NCBI GenBank assembly: GCA_003695555.1
Contig: RFIU01000334.1
Span: 1 to 29,088 of the forward strand
Source: Alphaproteobacteria bacterium
GTDB lineage: Bacteria > Pseudomonadota > Alphaproteobacteria > Sphingomonadales > Rhodothalassiaceae
DNA length: 29,088 nucleotides
Direction of reading: 5' to 3'
Positions 5,865 through 15,784 of this stretch are shown here, piece by piece. Each line of letters opens with the position of its first letter. The stretch's first letter is position 1. The notes beneath the pieces were generated by a model. The model made no database searches. It saw only the letters and a program-made list of their open reading frames with translations, and had not been told where the DNA came from. The position numbers were made by a program, and so were the translations under genes.

Positions 5865-7105
5865 ATCCGCCTGCCTTCCCGGTCACCGGCGAAAGCCGTC
5901 TCGATAATCTCGAGCAACCGATTCCCGGCGGCGTCCCAGCCGTAACGCTCCTTCACCCGGGCCCGGGCCCGCTCACCCATCCGTTTGCCTTTTTCTGGGG
6001 ATTCGAGAAGCCCGCGGATCGTGGCGATCCATTCGTCCGCAGACCGGGCGCAAAGGAGATCTTCGCCCGGCCGGGCATCGATGCCTTCCAGCGCCGCCGG
6101 ACTCGCCACCACGGGGCGCGCCATCGCCATCGCCTCGAGCAGCTTGTTCTGCACACCGCGAGCAATTCGCAAGGGGGCAATGGCAATGTCTGCGCGCGCC
6201 AGCCAAGGGCGGATATCTGCCACCCGGCCGGTGACGATGATCCCCGCACGACACGCCAGACGGCGCACGGTACGTGTCGGTTCCGCGCCGACGATGGCGA
6301 AACGCAGACCGGGACAGACGGCGTGCAGATCGGGCCATGGGTGATCGACGAACCAGCGCACCGCATCGATATTGGGGGGATAATCCATGCGGCCGGTGAA
6401 AACGATGAGCGGCCCGTCGCCCACCGCCACCGGACGAACCACCGCGGGGTCAAGGCAATCGGCATCGACGCCATTCTCGACCACCTTTACGCGTCCTGCC
6501 GGCAGATCCGGATTGAGCGCCCGGAAGCGTTCGGCTTCCGCCTCGCTGACGAAGAGCGCGGCTTGCGCCGCACGCGCGGCCACCCCCTCGAAGACGGCAA
6601 GACGACGTCCTTCGCATGCATGCAGTAAAGCCAGCGCAGACAGACGACGATGCGCGGCATAGTCGCGCCATTTGAGCGAATCGACATCGACGAAATCGGT
6701 GACGAAGGGCAATGCCCGGGCAGGTGCTCCGACCGACGCGAAGGTCGGATACTGCGCCATCGGACCCGAAAAGACGTAGGCCCCGTCGATCCCGCGATCC
6801 AGGGCTTCGGCAAGGAAGCGGCGCATCCCGCGATGGCGAAACCAGGCGATGCTCAAACTGCCGCCGCTTGCCAGCGCAGACGCGCCTCGCAGCAGCGCCG
6901 GCAGGCGTTTCAGCGGGATCGCGGCATGGGCGCGTGCAAGGGGGGCAATGACACTTTCCGCGGCCCTGTCCGCCGGATCATCGACGAACCAGCCGACATC
7001 GAGTTCATGGCGCGACGCGAGCGCACGAAGAAGATGCCAGGCGCGCAGCTTGTCGCCCTTGTCGGGGGGCCAGGGTGTGCGATGAAAGAGGCAGACAATC
7101 CGCAT
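5861..7105 (-). CDS. GT4 glycosyltransferase, PEP-CTERM/exosortase A system-associated (TIGR03087-like, 414 aa)
   Basis: N-terminal HRTPWPPDKGDKLR, plus DFVDVDSLKW, FTGRMDYPPN and GVQNKLLEAMA. Alternative start at 7120. Confidence 0.9.
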   Translation of the reverse strand: MRIVCLFHRTPWPPDKGDKLRAWHLLRALASRHELDVGWFVDDPADRAAESVIAPLARAHAAIPLKRLPALLRGASALASGGSLSIAWFRHRGMRRFLAEALDRGIDGAYVFSGPMAQYPTFASVGAPARALPFVTDFVDVDSLKWRDYAAHRRLSALALLHACEGRRLAVFEGVAARAAQAALFVSEAEAERFRALNPDLPAGRVKVVENGVDADCLDPAVVRPVAVGDGPLIVFTGRMDYPPNIDAVRWFVDHPWPDLHAVCPGLRFAIVGAEPTRTVRRLACRAGIIVTGRVADIRPWLARADIAIAPLRIARGVQNKLLEAMAMARPVVASPAALEGIDARPGEDLLCARSADEWIATIRGLLESPEKGKRMGERARARVKERYGWDAAGNRLLEIIETAFAGDREGRRI

Positions 7106-7193
7106 GGCCGGTCTTCGCATTCATTCACATCATCGCGCGGCCGCAGCCCTTGGGGCAAACAACGCTGACATCTGCTTGCCATGCCCGCCAGCC

Positions 7194-8255
7194 CTAGCCA
7201 AGTCCACGCACCAGCAGCGGCCCCAGTTGATTGGCGATCGCGAAGGGTAGTCGCTGCCAAACGGCGATGAACAGGCGATAGCGCGGGTTGTCGGGCGAAT
7301 GCGCCGGCAGAGCGCGACCCTTCACCAGAAGATACTCATATGTCAGCGGCGTCGGCTCGAAGCCCCAGAGAGTCTTGTAGTGAAAGGCGCCGCTGCCGAC
7401 CCGCGAGCGACCGAAATCGAAGCGCCGGAAACCGCGGCGACGGGCTTCTTCCATCAGCGCCCAGTACATGAAATCATGAGCATGCAGCGAGCGGGCCTGC
7501 GGGTGGGTACCGGCATAATAGGGCAGCACGTTATCGCCGTGATAATAGCTCATGACCGCACTGACCGGCACGCCTTCCGCCGTCGAGACGACGAGAATGT
7601 CCACATCCTCCCCGAAGGCGTCGAGAATCTCGACAAACCAGCGGCGGGGAAAGGCGGGCGTGCCGTGGTGGTGAAGATTGCGACGATAGAGCGTGAGAAA
7701 GGGCTCGATTTCGCGGGTCATCCGCCATTGAAGGCCATTGGACAGCCCTTTACGCACGCTCGCGCGGCGCTTGCGCGGGATCGCCTTCAGCAGCGCATCC
7801 GGATCAGCAGGAATGTCCCGGATGAAGATCGCATGACGATCCGGTATCACCTGCATGTCGGGGTGTTCAGGGCGCAGTCCCCGGTATTCGAGCCAGTCCA
7901 CCGCGCGCGAACGGGCCTCTTCGGCGGCACGGGCATGGAGAGCGTTTCCGGCCGCATCATCGGCGGCCAGCAGACCGCCGAGCGGTTGAAAGGGCAGACT
8001 GGCGAGCCGATTGCCAAACAATCGTGAACGGACATCTACCAGCGGCAGAACCGCGCGAATGCCCCGCTTCCCGTCCTCGGCCAGCAGATAGGGAGCGGCA
8101 TGGCCGAAACCGCGCTCCATTACCCGCCGCCACTCAGCCCGATGGAAGAAACTGCCGCTCGCGTGCTGCTTGACGAAAGCGTTCCATGCGGGAATATCCG
8201 CCGACGTCATTTCGCGCAGCCGAAGCTGACCCGGCTTTACCTCACCAGCCGTCAT
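7194..8255 (-). CDS. FemAB-related protein, PEP-CTERM system-associated (TIGR03019-like, 353 aa)
   Basis: Motifs FFHRAEW, LASLPF, RKRRASVRKG, PYYAG and FDFGRSRVGSGAFHYKTLWGFEP; GNAT/FemAB-like; fits the locus context. Confidence 0.9.
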   Translation of the reverse strand: MTAGEVKPGQLRLREMTSADIPAWNAFVKQHASGSFFHRAEWRRVMERGFGHAAPYLLAEDGKRGIRAVLPLVDVRSRLFGNRLASLPFQPLGGLLAADDAAGNALHARAAEEARSRAVDWLEYRGLRPEHPDMQVIPDRHAIFIRDIPADPDALLKAIPRKRRASVRKGLSNGLQWRMTREIEPFLTLYRRNLHHHGTPAFPRRWFVEILDAFGEDVDILVVSTAEGVPVSAVMSYYHGDNVLPYYAGTHPQARSLHAHDFMYWALMEEARRRGFRRFDFGRSRVGSGAFHYKTLWGFEPTPLTYEYLLVKGRALPAHSPDNPRYRLFIAVWQRLPFAIANQLGPLLVRGLG

Positions 8256-9228
8256 CTTCGCGCCCTTTATTGCGGATTGCGCAAGATTCCAGCCACTCGT
8301 CCATCCGCCCCCAAGGAAAATCGCCGATGAGGCGGCGCACCCGAGCCGCCATGCGCGAAAGATTGAGCCGATGACGCAATCGTGATTTCAGGTCCGCTCC
8401 TTCGATCCCGGGTTGATCGGGGTCGAACTCCCATGGGTGGCAATAGAACAGGAAGGGACGGCGTGCTGCCACCAGCCGTCGATAGCCGGCGCGGTAGAGC
8501 CGGTAGGGAGCGAGCCGGAAATAGCCGCCGCCGGCCCAGGGCAGACGATGCCCGAAGACCTCCAGGGTCGTGATAGGAAATTCCCGCAGCCGGCCATCGG
8601 CGAGAGGACGATACGGCCAGCGTGGCGCGCCGGGCATGCCATAGTGGTCGGTGCGACCGGGAAAGATGCTCGAGGAATAGGCGAACCCCTCTTCTTCAAG
8701 AACCGCGTGCGCCCATGGCGTCCGTCGGTCGAAGGAAAAGCTGGGCGCACGATAGCCCTGCACGCGCTCACCTGTCGCATCCTCGATAGCACGGCGAGCA
8801 CGGCGCAGATCGGCGCGGAATTCCTCCGCATTCATCCGGAAGACCCGGCGATGGTCCCAGCCATGACAGGCGATCTCATGGCCGCTCTCGGCCAGCCGTC
8901 GGATCAGCGGCGCATGCCGTTCGGCGACCCAGCCGAGCACGAAGAAGGTGGCGCGCACCCCCGCCTCGTCCATCAGGTCCGTCACCACGGACAGCCCCGT
9001 AGCAAGCCGCGAGGGATAGCATTCCCAAGCGTCGCGCCTCACCACCCGCTCGAAGGCGCCGACCTGAAAATATTCCTCGACATCGACCGTAAAGGCGCCC
9101 CGGATCGGCGATCCGGCAAAGGGCGCCTTGACCGGGTCATCCTGCTTTGCCGGTTCGCCTTTGCGGTTCGGTGGGATAGTCTGGCGGGTCCGAATTTCCA
9201 ACCCCTTCGTTGCACCCGGCAAAGGCAC
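8242..9228 (-). CDS. Polysaccharide deacetylase, PEP-CTERM locus type (TIGR03006-like); start uncertain (GTG 9228 or TTG 9201)
   Basis: Motifs TVDVEEYFQV, TFFVLGWVAE, HEIACHGWDH, GYRAPSFS, GGGYFRL and HPWEFDPDQP. Confidence 0.9.
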   Translation of the reverse strand: MPLPGATKGLEIRTRQTIPPNRKGEPAKQDDPVKAPFAGSPIRGAFTVDVEEYFQVGAFERVVRRDAWECYPSRLATGLSVVTDLMDEAGVRATFFVLGWVAERHAPLIRRLAESGHEIACHGWDHRRVFRMNAEEFRADLRRARRAIEDATGERVQGYRAPSFSFDRRTPWAHAVLEEEGFAYSSSIFPGRTDHYGMPGAPRWPYRPLADGRLREFPITTLEVFGHRLPWAGGGYFRLAPYRLYRAGYRRLVAARRPFLFYCHPWEFDPDQPGIEGADLKSRLRHRLNLSRMAARVRRLIGDFPWGRMDEWLESCAIRNKGREDDGW

Positions 9229-9229
9229 G

Positions 9230-10402
9230 TCAGCCCGTCGTAGGTTCCCTGGCGGCCTCGCTTCCGGACTTGCCGGTCGCCCCTTCGTCCTCACCTGCCG
9301 CTGTCTCATCAGCCGCACCTTTGCCTGCCGTCTCGTCCGCTCGGGATTCGGGTCGCTCGGCGGACATCGCAGCCGCCTCTTCTTCGCGGCCCAACGCGAT
9401 CAGAAGAGCGCGCAAGGTTTCATCATGACGGCGGACATAGTGTTCCAGCACTGTGATCCGGCGGTCAAGATCGGCAAGAATTCCCTCTTCGCCAGGCGAT
9501 GCAGCTGGCGGTGGCGCCGATCCGTTTCCGACGGGACTGCGTTCGGCAAGCGGGCGTTGGCGCTCCATGCCGCTTGAAGACTGAAACACGTTATCGGCTT
9601 CGAGGTCCGCAATCACGTCTTCGACGACGGCGGCGTCGAATTCATGCAGTTCCTCCAGAGCGCCGAAGAGCAGAATTCGCGAACACAGGGCATTGACCCG
9701 ACGCGGAATGCCGCCGGTGTAGGAATAGATCCGCTCATACGCATCTTCCGTGAAGCGGGGATCCCCGTTCCATCCGACCAGCCCCAGGCGATGTTCGATG
9801 TAACCCTTGATTTCGCTGCGGCCGATCGGCTCGAGATGATGGGTGGCGATGACCCGTTGGCGAAGCTGTTCGAGGACCGGAGCCTGAAAGAGCCGCTCGC
9901 GGAACTCCGGCTGGCCGAGCAGAAAGCATTGCAGCAGTGGATGCCCCCCGATCTGGAAATTGGAAAGCATCCGCAGCTCCTCCAGCGCGCTGACCGGCAG
10001 GTTCTGGGCCTCGTCGATGATCAGCAGGACGCGCCGTCCTTCTTCATGTGTTTTCTTTAGAAATTTCTCCAACTCTCGCAGAAGGCGCGCCTTTTCCTTG
10101 TCCTCAGTCGCGATTTCGAACTCTTCGGCGATCGCATGAAGCAATTCGGCGGCATTGAGCTGGGTCGAGACGACCTGGGCGACGATGAATTCCTGTGGAT
10201 CGAGCTGCGAAAGCAGATGACCGACGAGCGTCGTCTTGCCGGTGCCGATCTCGCCGGTAATGATGATGAAACCCTCTTCCTGACTCAGGCCATAGGTCAG
10301 ATAGGCCATCGCCTTGTGATGGGTTCGGGCGTCGAAATAGAAACGTGAATCCGGCGTCAACTGAAAGGGGCGGCCGGTCAGACCATAGAATTTCTCGAAC
10401 AC
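9230..10402 (-). CDS. ExeA-like AAA secretion ATPase, PEP-CTERM locus subfamily (TIGR03015-like, 390 aa)
   Basis: N-terminal FYGLTGRPFQLTPD, Walker A GEIGTGKTT, Walker B LLIIDEAQNL, GQPEFR and GGIPRRVN; low-complexity C-terminal tail. Confidence 0.92.
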   Translation of the reverse strand: MFEKFYGLTGRPFQLTPDSRFYFDARTHHKAMAYLTYGLSQEEGFIIITGEIGTGKTTLVGHLLSQLDPQEFIVAQVVSTQLNAAELLHAIAEEFEIATEDKEKARLLRELEKFLKKTHEEGRRVLLIIDEAQNLPVSALEELRMLSNFQIGGHPLLQCFLLGQPEFRERLFQAPVLEQLRQRVIATHHLEPIGRSEIKGYIEHRLGLVGWNGDPRFTEDAYERIYSYTGGIPRRVNALCSRILLFGALEELHEFDAAVVEDVIADLEADNVFQSSSGMERQRPLAERSPVGNGSAPPPAASPGEEGILADLDRRITVLEHYVRRHDETLRALLIALGREEEAAAMSAERPESRADETAGKGAADETAAGEDEGATGKSGSEAAREPTTG

Positions 10403-10404
10403 TT

Positions 10405-11991
10405 CTAGAACCTCGCCCTTAAACCGATATACATTGCATTCTCGTTGAATGTTGCTTCTGGTAGGTTACTGAATCTTCTCGTGTGCGTATAGCGAAATTC
10501 TCCATTCAACAACCGTCCCAGCGCGAAACCATAAGTGATGGAACCGATGAAGTCGTTGTCGCGACGGGTTGAATTCTCGAATCGATCATGGCGAAAGACG
10601 CCTTCCACCCGCAGCCGGCTCGTTGGCGTCAGTTCATGCGCCCAAGACAGGTCGCCGCCGAATCCACGGGCGACACCGCCAGTCTCGAAAGTGCGGCGTT
10701 CGAAATAGCCGCGCGCCCGATAGGAATTGCGACGCCGCGCATAGTCGAGCGTCAGGGCTATGCGCCGTTGGCGGAAGTTCTGATCCGAAAAATCGAATTC
10801 GGGCGGCGCTACGACGGTCAGGTCGGGACCCAGGGGGAGCGGCGAGGTGGCGGATCCCGCCGGCGGGGCAAGAAAGGGGGCCGTCAAGCGCAGGGAATCC
10901 TGGATCAGCAGCTGTTGCGAGGTCGCGATGACATCATCATAGGTCGCCTCAATGCGCAAGCGAGGCAACTGATAGGCGAGACGCGCCTCACCCGTCGTCT
11001 GCCCCGGTCGTCGCCCGCCACGAGCGGCAAACTCGAGCTTTCGGCCACGGAAGCGAAAGCCGGCATCCCAGCGCAGCCCGTCGAGATCCATGCCGAGAAA
11101 GCGCGTATTGTCCGCATAGCTGGAAACGCTTCCTTCGACCCGGAAGGTACGGCTCAGCGCATAGCCAAGATCAAGCCCGGCCTGCCACGACTGAAAGGCA
11201 GGCAGTACCGGTGAAACGACGCCCGGCGGCAGCGGTGGATTGCTGCGCGCGGTGCGATCGAAACGGCCGAACAGTCGCCAGCTCAAACGGCGAAGACGAT
11301 CCTTGCTGCTCTCGATATCGAGCGAGGCATCGTGTGAACGGCTGTCAGAAAAGGGGACGGTCGGTTGACCGGTCGTCGCCTGCTTTCGACCGCTATCATT
11401 GAGAGTCACGCCGAAACGGTATCGGCCCTTGATGACGACCGGAACGGCGAGACGGAGGTTCAGGTCCGGGCCGGCCGTATAGCTCTGAATGGTCTGACGG
11501 CCAGGTGCCAGATTCGCCTTGTTTCCCGAAAACTTGCCCGCACGTGTGGTGAAGGATTCGCGCACCACGCCGTTCATCTCGAAGCTCAGTATCCTCGGGA
11601 TCGCCTGATAGCGCAGAATGCCGGCGCCATCATGCTGAAGATCGGTGTTGCCGTCGCGGGCGAAATAGAAGAGCTGGGCTTCGTAGCGGATGTTCGCCTG
11701 AAGCCGCGCGCCCGTTGCGGTCAGGGAAAGACCGGCGTCCGCTTCGGGCGCAAGATCGGCGACCCGGCCGCTGCTGGTCAGAAAGAGATTGTCGGTCGCA
11801 TTGATCCGCGCACCCAGCAACGGATCGATCCGAATCGGCCCGGCCAGCGAACGGCCGCCATCAGCCACGAAGGCAGGAAGACAGACGCTCATGATAAGAG
11901 CAAGGCGCTTTGCCCTGCCCACCCCGAATACGACGGAAGATGAAACGGAAAACGAATTGGGAGAATGCAGAGGACCCCTCAATCCTTTCAT
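10405..11991 (-). CDS. Outer-membrane beta-barrel protein, PEP-CTERM system-associated (TIGR03016-like, ~528 aa)
   Basis: TDNLFL near the N-terminus, amphipathic beta-strand pattern and C-terminal YIGLRARF beta-signal. GGAGG RBS before ATG 11991; alternative start 12024. Confidence 0.8.
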   Translation of the reverse strand: MKGLRGPLHSPNSFSVSSSVVFGVGRAKRLALIMSVCLPAFVADGGRSLAGPIRIDPLLGARINATDNLFLTSSGRVADLAPEADAGLSLTATGARLQANIRYEAQLFYFARDGNTDLQHDGAGILRYQAIPRILSFEMNGVVRESFTTRAGKFSGNKANLAPGRQTIQSYTAGPDLNLRLAVPVVIKGRYRFGVTLNDSGRKQATTGQPTVPFSDSRSHDASLDIESSKDRLRRLSWRLFGRFDRTARSNPPLPPGVVSPVLPAFQSWQAGLDLGYALSRTFRVEGSVSSYADNTRFLGMDLDGLRWDAGFRFRGRKLEFAARGGRRPGQTTGEARLAYQLPRLRIEATYDDVIATSQQLLIQDSLRLTAPFLAPPAGSATSPLPLGPDLTVVAPPEFDFSDQNFRQRRIALTLDYARRRNSYRARGYFERRTFETGGVARGFGGDLSWAHELTPTSRLRVEGVFRHDRFENSTRRDNDFIGSITYGFALGRLLNGEFRYTHTRRFSNLPEATFNENAMYIGLRARF

Positions 11992-12023
11992 TCCCGCCTC
12001 CGCCTTCCCGCCCCGCCGCAGCA

Positions 12024-13145
12024 TCAACGACCGTAAGCATACCCGTAATAGGCCCCGAAACGGCGATCGGGACCGAGGAAGCGAACCTTGTTGAGGATGA
12101 AGCCGATATGCTTGCAGCTTGCGATCATGTTGAGGGCTTCGCGGATCTGCTGCTCGGTGGTGCGTTCGGCCTCGACCACGAATGCCGCCTGACCGGTGTG
12201 CATGGAAAGCGCCGATGCGATGCTGCTGGCCAGCACCGGCGCGGAATCGAACAGCACGATACGGTCTGGATAACGCCGCGAGATCTCGGTCAGCAGATTG
12301 CCCATCCGTTCGCTGGTCAACAGTTCGGGCGTCAGATTGTGCTGACGACCGGCGGGCAGGACGGTGAGATTGCGGACATTCGTCCGGATCATGCAATCGG
12401 CCAGATCGATATCGGGATCGAGCACCGCATCCATCAGCCCCTTGCTGGCGGTAATGCCGAGCGTACGCAGGGCTTCGGGCTTGGGAAAGTCGGCATCGAT
12501 GAGCAGAACCCGCACGTCCTGCTCGAGAGCGATCGAGAGCGCCAGATTGATCGTGCAGAAGGTCTTGCCGTCGCCAGGACGGCAGGAGGTGACCAGGACC
12601 AGATTGCCGTTCGGGATGCGGTGTTTGCCCTTGGCGAATGCATTGAGCAGGATCGGCCGCTTGATGATGCGGAATTCCTCGCTCGTCGTTCCGGGTGCGG
12701 CGTCCGGGGTGATGAAGCCGAGGCGACGCAGACGATCGACGTCCAGTTCCTGATAGCGACTGCGCTTGGTCGCACCCTGGCGAGCAGCTGCCCGCACAGC
12801 GGCGGGACGAATGCCGGATGCCGGCTGCTCTTCGCCGGGCTTCTCCGTGCTTGCCACTTGATCGGCAGGATCAGCAGGCGCAGCTTGCCCCTTCTTCACC
12901 GCCTCGTCGGCGCGATGTTCCTCGTCGGCGTCCGATGCCTGTTGAAGACGAAGCTGTTCAGCAGCACGCTCGAGCAGGCGGCGACGACGTGCCCGACGCT
13001 CCTCCTCCCCGGCAGAAGCGTCATCGGCCGTACCGGCAGACTTGTCTTCATCGCGAGACGGCGCATCCTGGGCCTGTTTCTGCTTGAGCTGCATGGCGGC
13101 GCGCTCCAGCAGACTCCCGGGCCGGCGATCCTCGGCTTCTGCCAT
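12024..13145 (-). CDS. Exopolysaccharide tyrosine autokinase (Wzc C-terminal/CapB type, TIGR03018-like, 373 aa)
   Basis: SEEFRIIKRP, Walker A VTSCRPGDGKT, LLIDADF, VLFDSAP and a C-terminal Tyr cluster FGAYYGYAYGR. Confidence 0.93.
   Translation of the reverse strand: MAEAEDRRPGSLLERAAMQLKQKQAQDAPSRDEDKSAGTADDASAGEEERRARRRRLLERAAEQLRLQQASDADEEHRADEAVKKGQAAPADPADQVASTEKPGEEQPASGIRPAAVRAAARQGATKRSRYQELDVDRLRRLGFITPDAAPGTTSEEFRIIKRPILLNAFAKGKHRIPNGNLVLVTSCRPGDGKTFCTINLALSIALEQDVRVLLIDADFPKPEALRTLGITASKGLMDAVLDPDIDLADCMIRTNVRNLTVLPAGRQHNLTPELLTSERMGNLLTEISRRYPDRIVLFDSAPVLASSIASALSMHTGQAAFVVEAERTTEQQIREALNMIASCKHIGFILNKVRFLGPDRRFGAYYGYAYGR
12927..13112 (-). repeat. Two diverged copies of a ~17-aa motif in the kinase N-terminus
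   Basis: LLERAAMQLKQKQAQDA (aa 12-28) and LLERAAEQLRLQQASDA (aa 57-73). Confidence 0.7.
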
Positions 13146-13154
13146 CCCCCTCCC

Positions 13155-14747
13155 CTACAGCAGATTGCCGTTGACGACGGCAATTCCCATCAGACCGGCA
13201 TAGAAAATAAGCAGCAGCGCAAACATGCCGACAAAACCGAGAAACTCTAGCTTGCGCTGGCGCCGGTCGCGTTCGAGCACCACCATCGTGACGATGCCGA
13301 GCACCGGCAGACCGAACACCTCCACAAGACGATCAGAATTCATGAAGACGGGGCGAAGCTGACTGAGCAGGAAGGCCATTCCGATACCGCCGAAAAGACC
13401 GGCCGCGAGCACCAGGCTCAACAGTTTCGGGCGATTTGGACGCGACGGGCGAGTGGGCAGGGTCGGCGGATCGACCACCTCGAAGCCGATGTTCTTCGCG
13501 CTGGCCTCCAGATCCTGCGAGAGCGCCGCCCGCTCCCGCCGCTTGACCAGATCATTGTAGTTTTCGCGAAGGATCTCATAATCGCGATCGAGCCGCTTCA
13601 ACTGCGCCTCGAGCAGGGGAATCCTGCCGGCCTGCGCCTCGAGATCGTCAAGCTCCTTCTTCAGGGCATCGCGCTGTGAAGTCAGGGTGGCGACTTGCGT
13701 GTCCTTTTCCACGACCCGTATCTTGAGCTGCTGCCAGACCGGATTGGGGGTGAAGTTTCCTTCGGACGGCGGGGCATCCGGATTTTCCTTCATGGCCTCT
13801 TCGGCGCGCTTCTTCTCCGCCTCCATCTGTTCCTTCAGGGTTTCAAGCTGTCTTGCCACGAAGATCACGTCGGGATGCTGATCGGTGAAGCCGCGGATCT
13901 TCAACTCGTCGATGCGCTGCTCCAACTGTTCGATGCGAGACTGAAGGCGTGGATTGACCGAACCGCCCCCCTCGCCGGAAGCGGACAGCGGCAGATAGGC
14001 CGGCACATCCTTCAGCTGTCGCTTCAATTCGTCACGCGCCAGCTCCGCCTCGCGCAGCTCGCGCTCCTTCATCTTCAGCTCGTCCCGAAGCTTTTCCACC
14101 CGCGCCAGATAGGTTCCCTGCGAAGACAGCAGCCCCATGTTCTGCCGCCGGAACTCGGCGCGGCGACGCTCGGCCTCCTCGAGCTTCTTTTCGAGATCCT
14201 TGACCTTGGAACCGATGAAGGCCTGGGCGGCCTCGATATCCTCGCGCTTGAGACCGAGATGTGCTTCCTTGAAGATGTTGAGCACCTGCTCGACGACGTC
14301 GCGGGCGAGCGCCGCATTCTGGGCATCGGAAAGCTGCTTGAAGGATGCCTCATAGGAAAGCTGAAAGATGTTGTCGCCCTGGGTGACGATGCGGATCTTG
14401 CTGCGCAGGTCGGCGATCAGCGGTGAGAGATTGTCGCCGGCGCCGAGCATGATATCCATGTCGGTGCGACGGATGACCTTCTCGAGGTTGGGGGTACTGA
14501 CGATCGTGCGCCGCAAAAGCTCGAGCTGACGATAGATGTCCACATCCACCGTCATGCCCCGCATCAGCGGTCGCAGCAGAGAATCCGTATCGACATAGAT
14601 GCGGGCCTGGGAACGATAGGAATTCGGGATCATCGCGACGACGATCCAGCCGATCAGACACACCACATAAGCGGTGGCCAGCCCGTACCAGCGGCGACGC
14701 CAGAGGGCATAGAGGGTGATCAGAAGATTCTGATACAGCTCATGCAT
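13155..14747 (-). CDS. Polysaccharide chain-length determinant / co-polymerase (TIGR03007-like, 530 aa)
   Basis: N-terminal TM after WRRRW, YRSQARIYVDT and LRPLM, long coiled-coil periplasmic region, VVDPPTLP..PSRPNR and C-terminal TM segments. Confidence 0.93.
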   Translation of the reverse strand: MHELYQNLLITLYALWRRRWYGLATAYVVCLIGWIVVAMIPNSYRSQARIYVDTDSLLRPLMRGMTVDVDIYRQLELLRRTIVSTPNLEKVIRRTDMDIMLGAGDNLSPLIADLRSKIRIVTQGDNIFQLSYEASFKQLSDAQNAALARDVVEQVLNIFKEAHLGLKREDIEAAQAFIGSKVKDLEKKLEEAERRRAEFRRQNMGLLSSQGTYLARVEKLRDELKMKERELREAELARDELKRQLKDVPAYLPLSASGEGGGSVNPRLQSRIEQLEQRIDELKIRGFTDQHPDVIFVARQLETLKEQMEAEKKRAEEAMKENPDAPPSEGNFTPNPVWQQLKIRVVEKDTQVATLTSQRDALKKELDDLEAQAGRIPLLEAQLKRLDRDYEILRENYNDLVKRRERAALSQDLEASAKNIGFEVVDPPTLPTRPSRPNRPKLLSLVLAAGLFGGIGMAFLLSQLRPVFMNSDRLVEVFGLPVLGIVTMVVLERDRRQRKLEFLGFVGMFALLLIFYAGLMGIAVVNGNLL

Positions 14748-14892
14748 GATCCGAAGTCCGTTCCGCCGGTGCCGATCGATTCATCATCGCCAGTTCGTTC
14801 GTAATCTGCTGCCTTCAGCGCTCCACTCATCTGCTGGCCTTCCGGCAACTCATCGATTCATGCTTCCGTCGTTGGCCCAAAGGAAATCGCGG

Positions 14893-15522
14893 TCAGAATA
14901 TGCTCTCGGGAATGATGATAACATCTCCCGGCATGATTGCCACATTGGCCCGGATGTCGCCATCCTTGATGAGGGAAGCGATGCGAAGGCGGTACTCCTT
15001 CTGCCTGCCGTCAACGATCCGCACCAGCCGCGCCGAATTGCCGGCCGCAAAATCGGTCAGCCCGCCGACCGCGATCATCACGTCAAGCAGTGTCATGTTC
15101 GCGCGATAGGGGATCGCCTGCGGGTTGGTCGCCTGTCCGACGACGCGCACCTGCTGGGCGAACGGCCCCTGAAAACCCTCCATGATCGCGGTCACGATCG
15201 GTTGCTGGATATAGACGGAAAGCGCCTCCTCGATATCGCGGGCAAGCTGCGAGGGGGTCTTTCCGGTGGCGGGAATGTCCTCGATCAGGGGAACCGAAAT
15301 GCGCCCGTCGGGGCGTACCGTTACCGTCGTCGTCAGCTCGGGATTGCGCCAGACGAAGACCGTGATCGTGTCGAGCGGCCCGATGAGGTAGTTCGGCCCC
15401 GGACCCTCGTCAGCGGTGACGAAGGCAGCCGAAGGAAGACGCTCCAAGCGGGAGGTGCAGCCGCTCAGACCGACAAGACCGGCCAGAGTCAAAAATATGG
15501 AAAGAATTACTCTGAACTTCAT
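14893..15522 (-). CDS. Polysaccharide export lipoprotein, Wza/Poly_export family (TIGR03027-like, 209 aa)
   Basis: Lipobox LSGC, YLIGPLD, VRPDGRISVPLI, SLBB-like VRVVGQA and GDVIIIPESIF. True start is ATG 15522; the ORF-track 15858 is too long. Confidence 0.93.
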   Translation of the reverse strand: MKFRVILSIFLTLAGLVGLSGCTSRLERLPSAAFVTADEGPGPNYLIGPLDTITVFVWRNPELTTTVTVRPDGRISVPLIEDIPATGKTPSQLARDIEEALSVYIQQPIVTAIMEGFQGPFAQQVRVVGQATNPQAIPYRANMTLLDVMIAVGGLTDFAAGNSARLVRIVDGRQKEYRLRIASLIKDGDIRANVAIMPGDVIIIPESIF

Positions 15523-15658
15523 GCCTTCTTCATCCGAACAATACTGAATCCCCCAAATGCTCGATCGGGTAGAGCATAACCGCCGGCACCGGAGCGGTGC
15601 AAGTGGCTCGGACGTGCTCGGGCGCTCATCCACCCCCGGCCGAACAACCACCTCGCCA

Positions 15659-15681
15659 TTTTGATGAAGCATGCATGAAAA
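15659..15681. promoter_or_regulatory. Imperfect AT-rich palindrome upstream of the export operon; candidate operator
   Basis: TTTTgATG-N7-CATgAAAA in the 260-nt intergenic region between the decarboxylase gene and wza. Confidence 0.3.
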
Positions 15682-15784
15682 TTTGGTTTTCGCCCTTTTA
15701 ATGATGCCTCGCCGATCTGGCAAGCGCTTCTCTTTCCCCCTCCCGATGTCGAAGTGGCCGAAGATCCCGCAAGACGCCACCGGC

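Noticed and set aside
14775-14861. 10-bp direct repeat ATCGATTCAT (14775-14784 and 14852-14861) and tiny uORFs between wza and the chain-length gene
   Set aside because: Only two short copies, with no RBS and no spacer array or IS structure; chance is a sufficient explanation.
15577-15584. ops/JUMPstart-like GGCGGTTA in the wza leader
   Set aside because: It mismatches GGCGGTAG, such octamers are common at this GC content, and no RfaH-like gene is in the window.
15644-15658. Possible sigma54 promoter TGGCGAGGTGGTTGT on the minus strand upstream of wza
   Set aside because: The conserved -12 GC is GT and the -24 core lacks CAC, so it is too weak to call.
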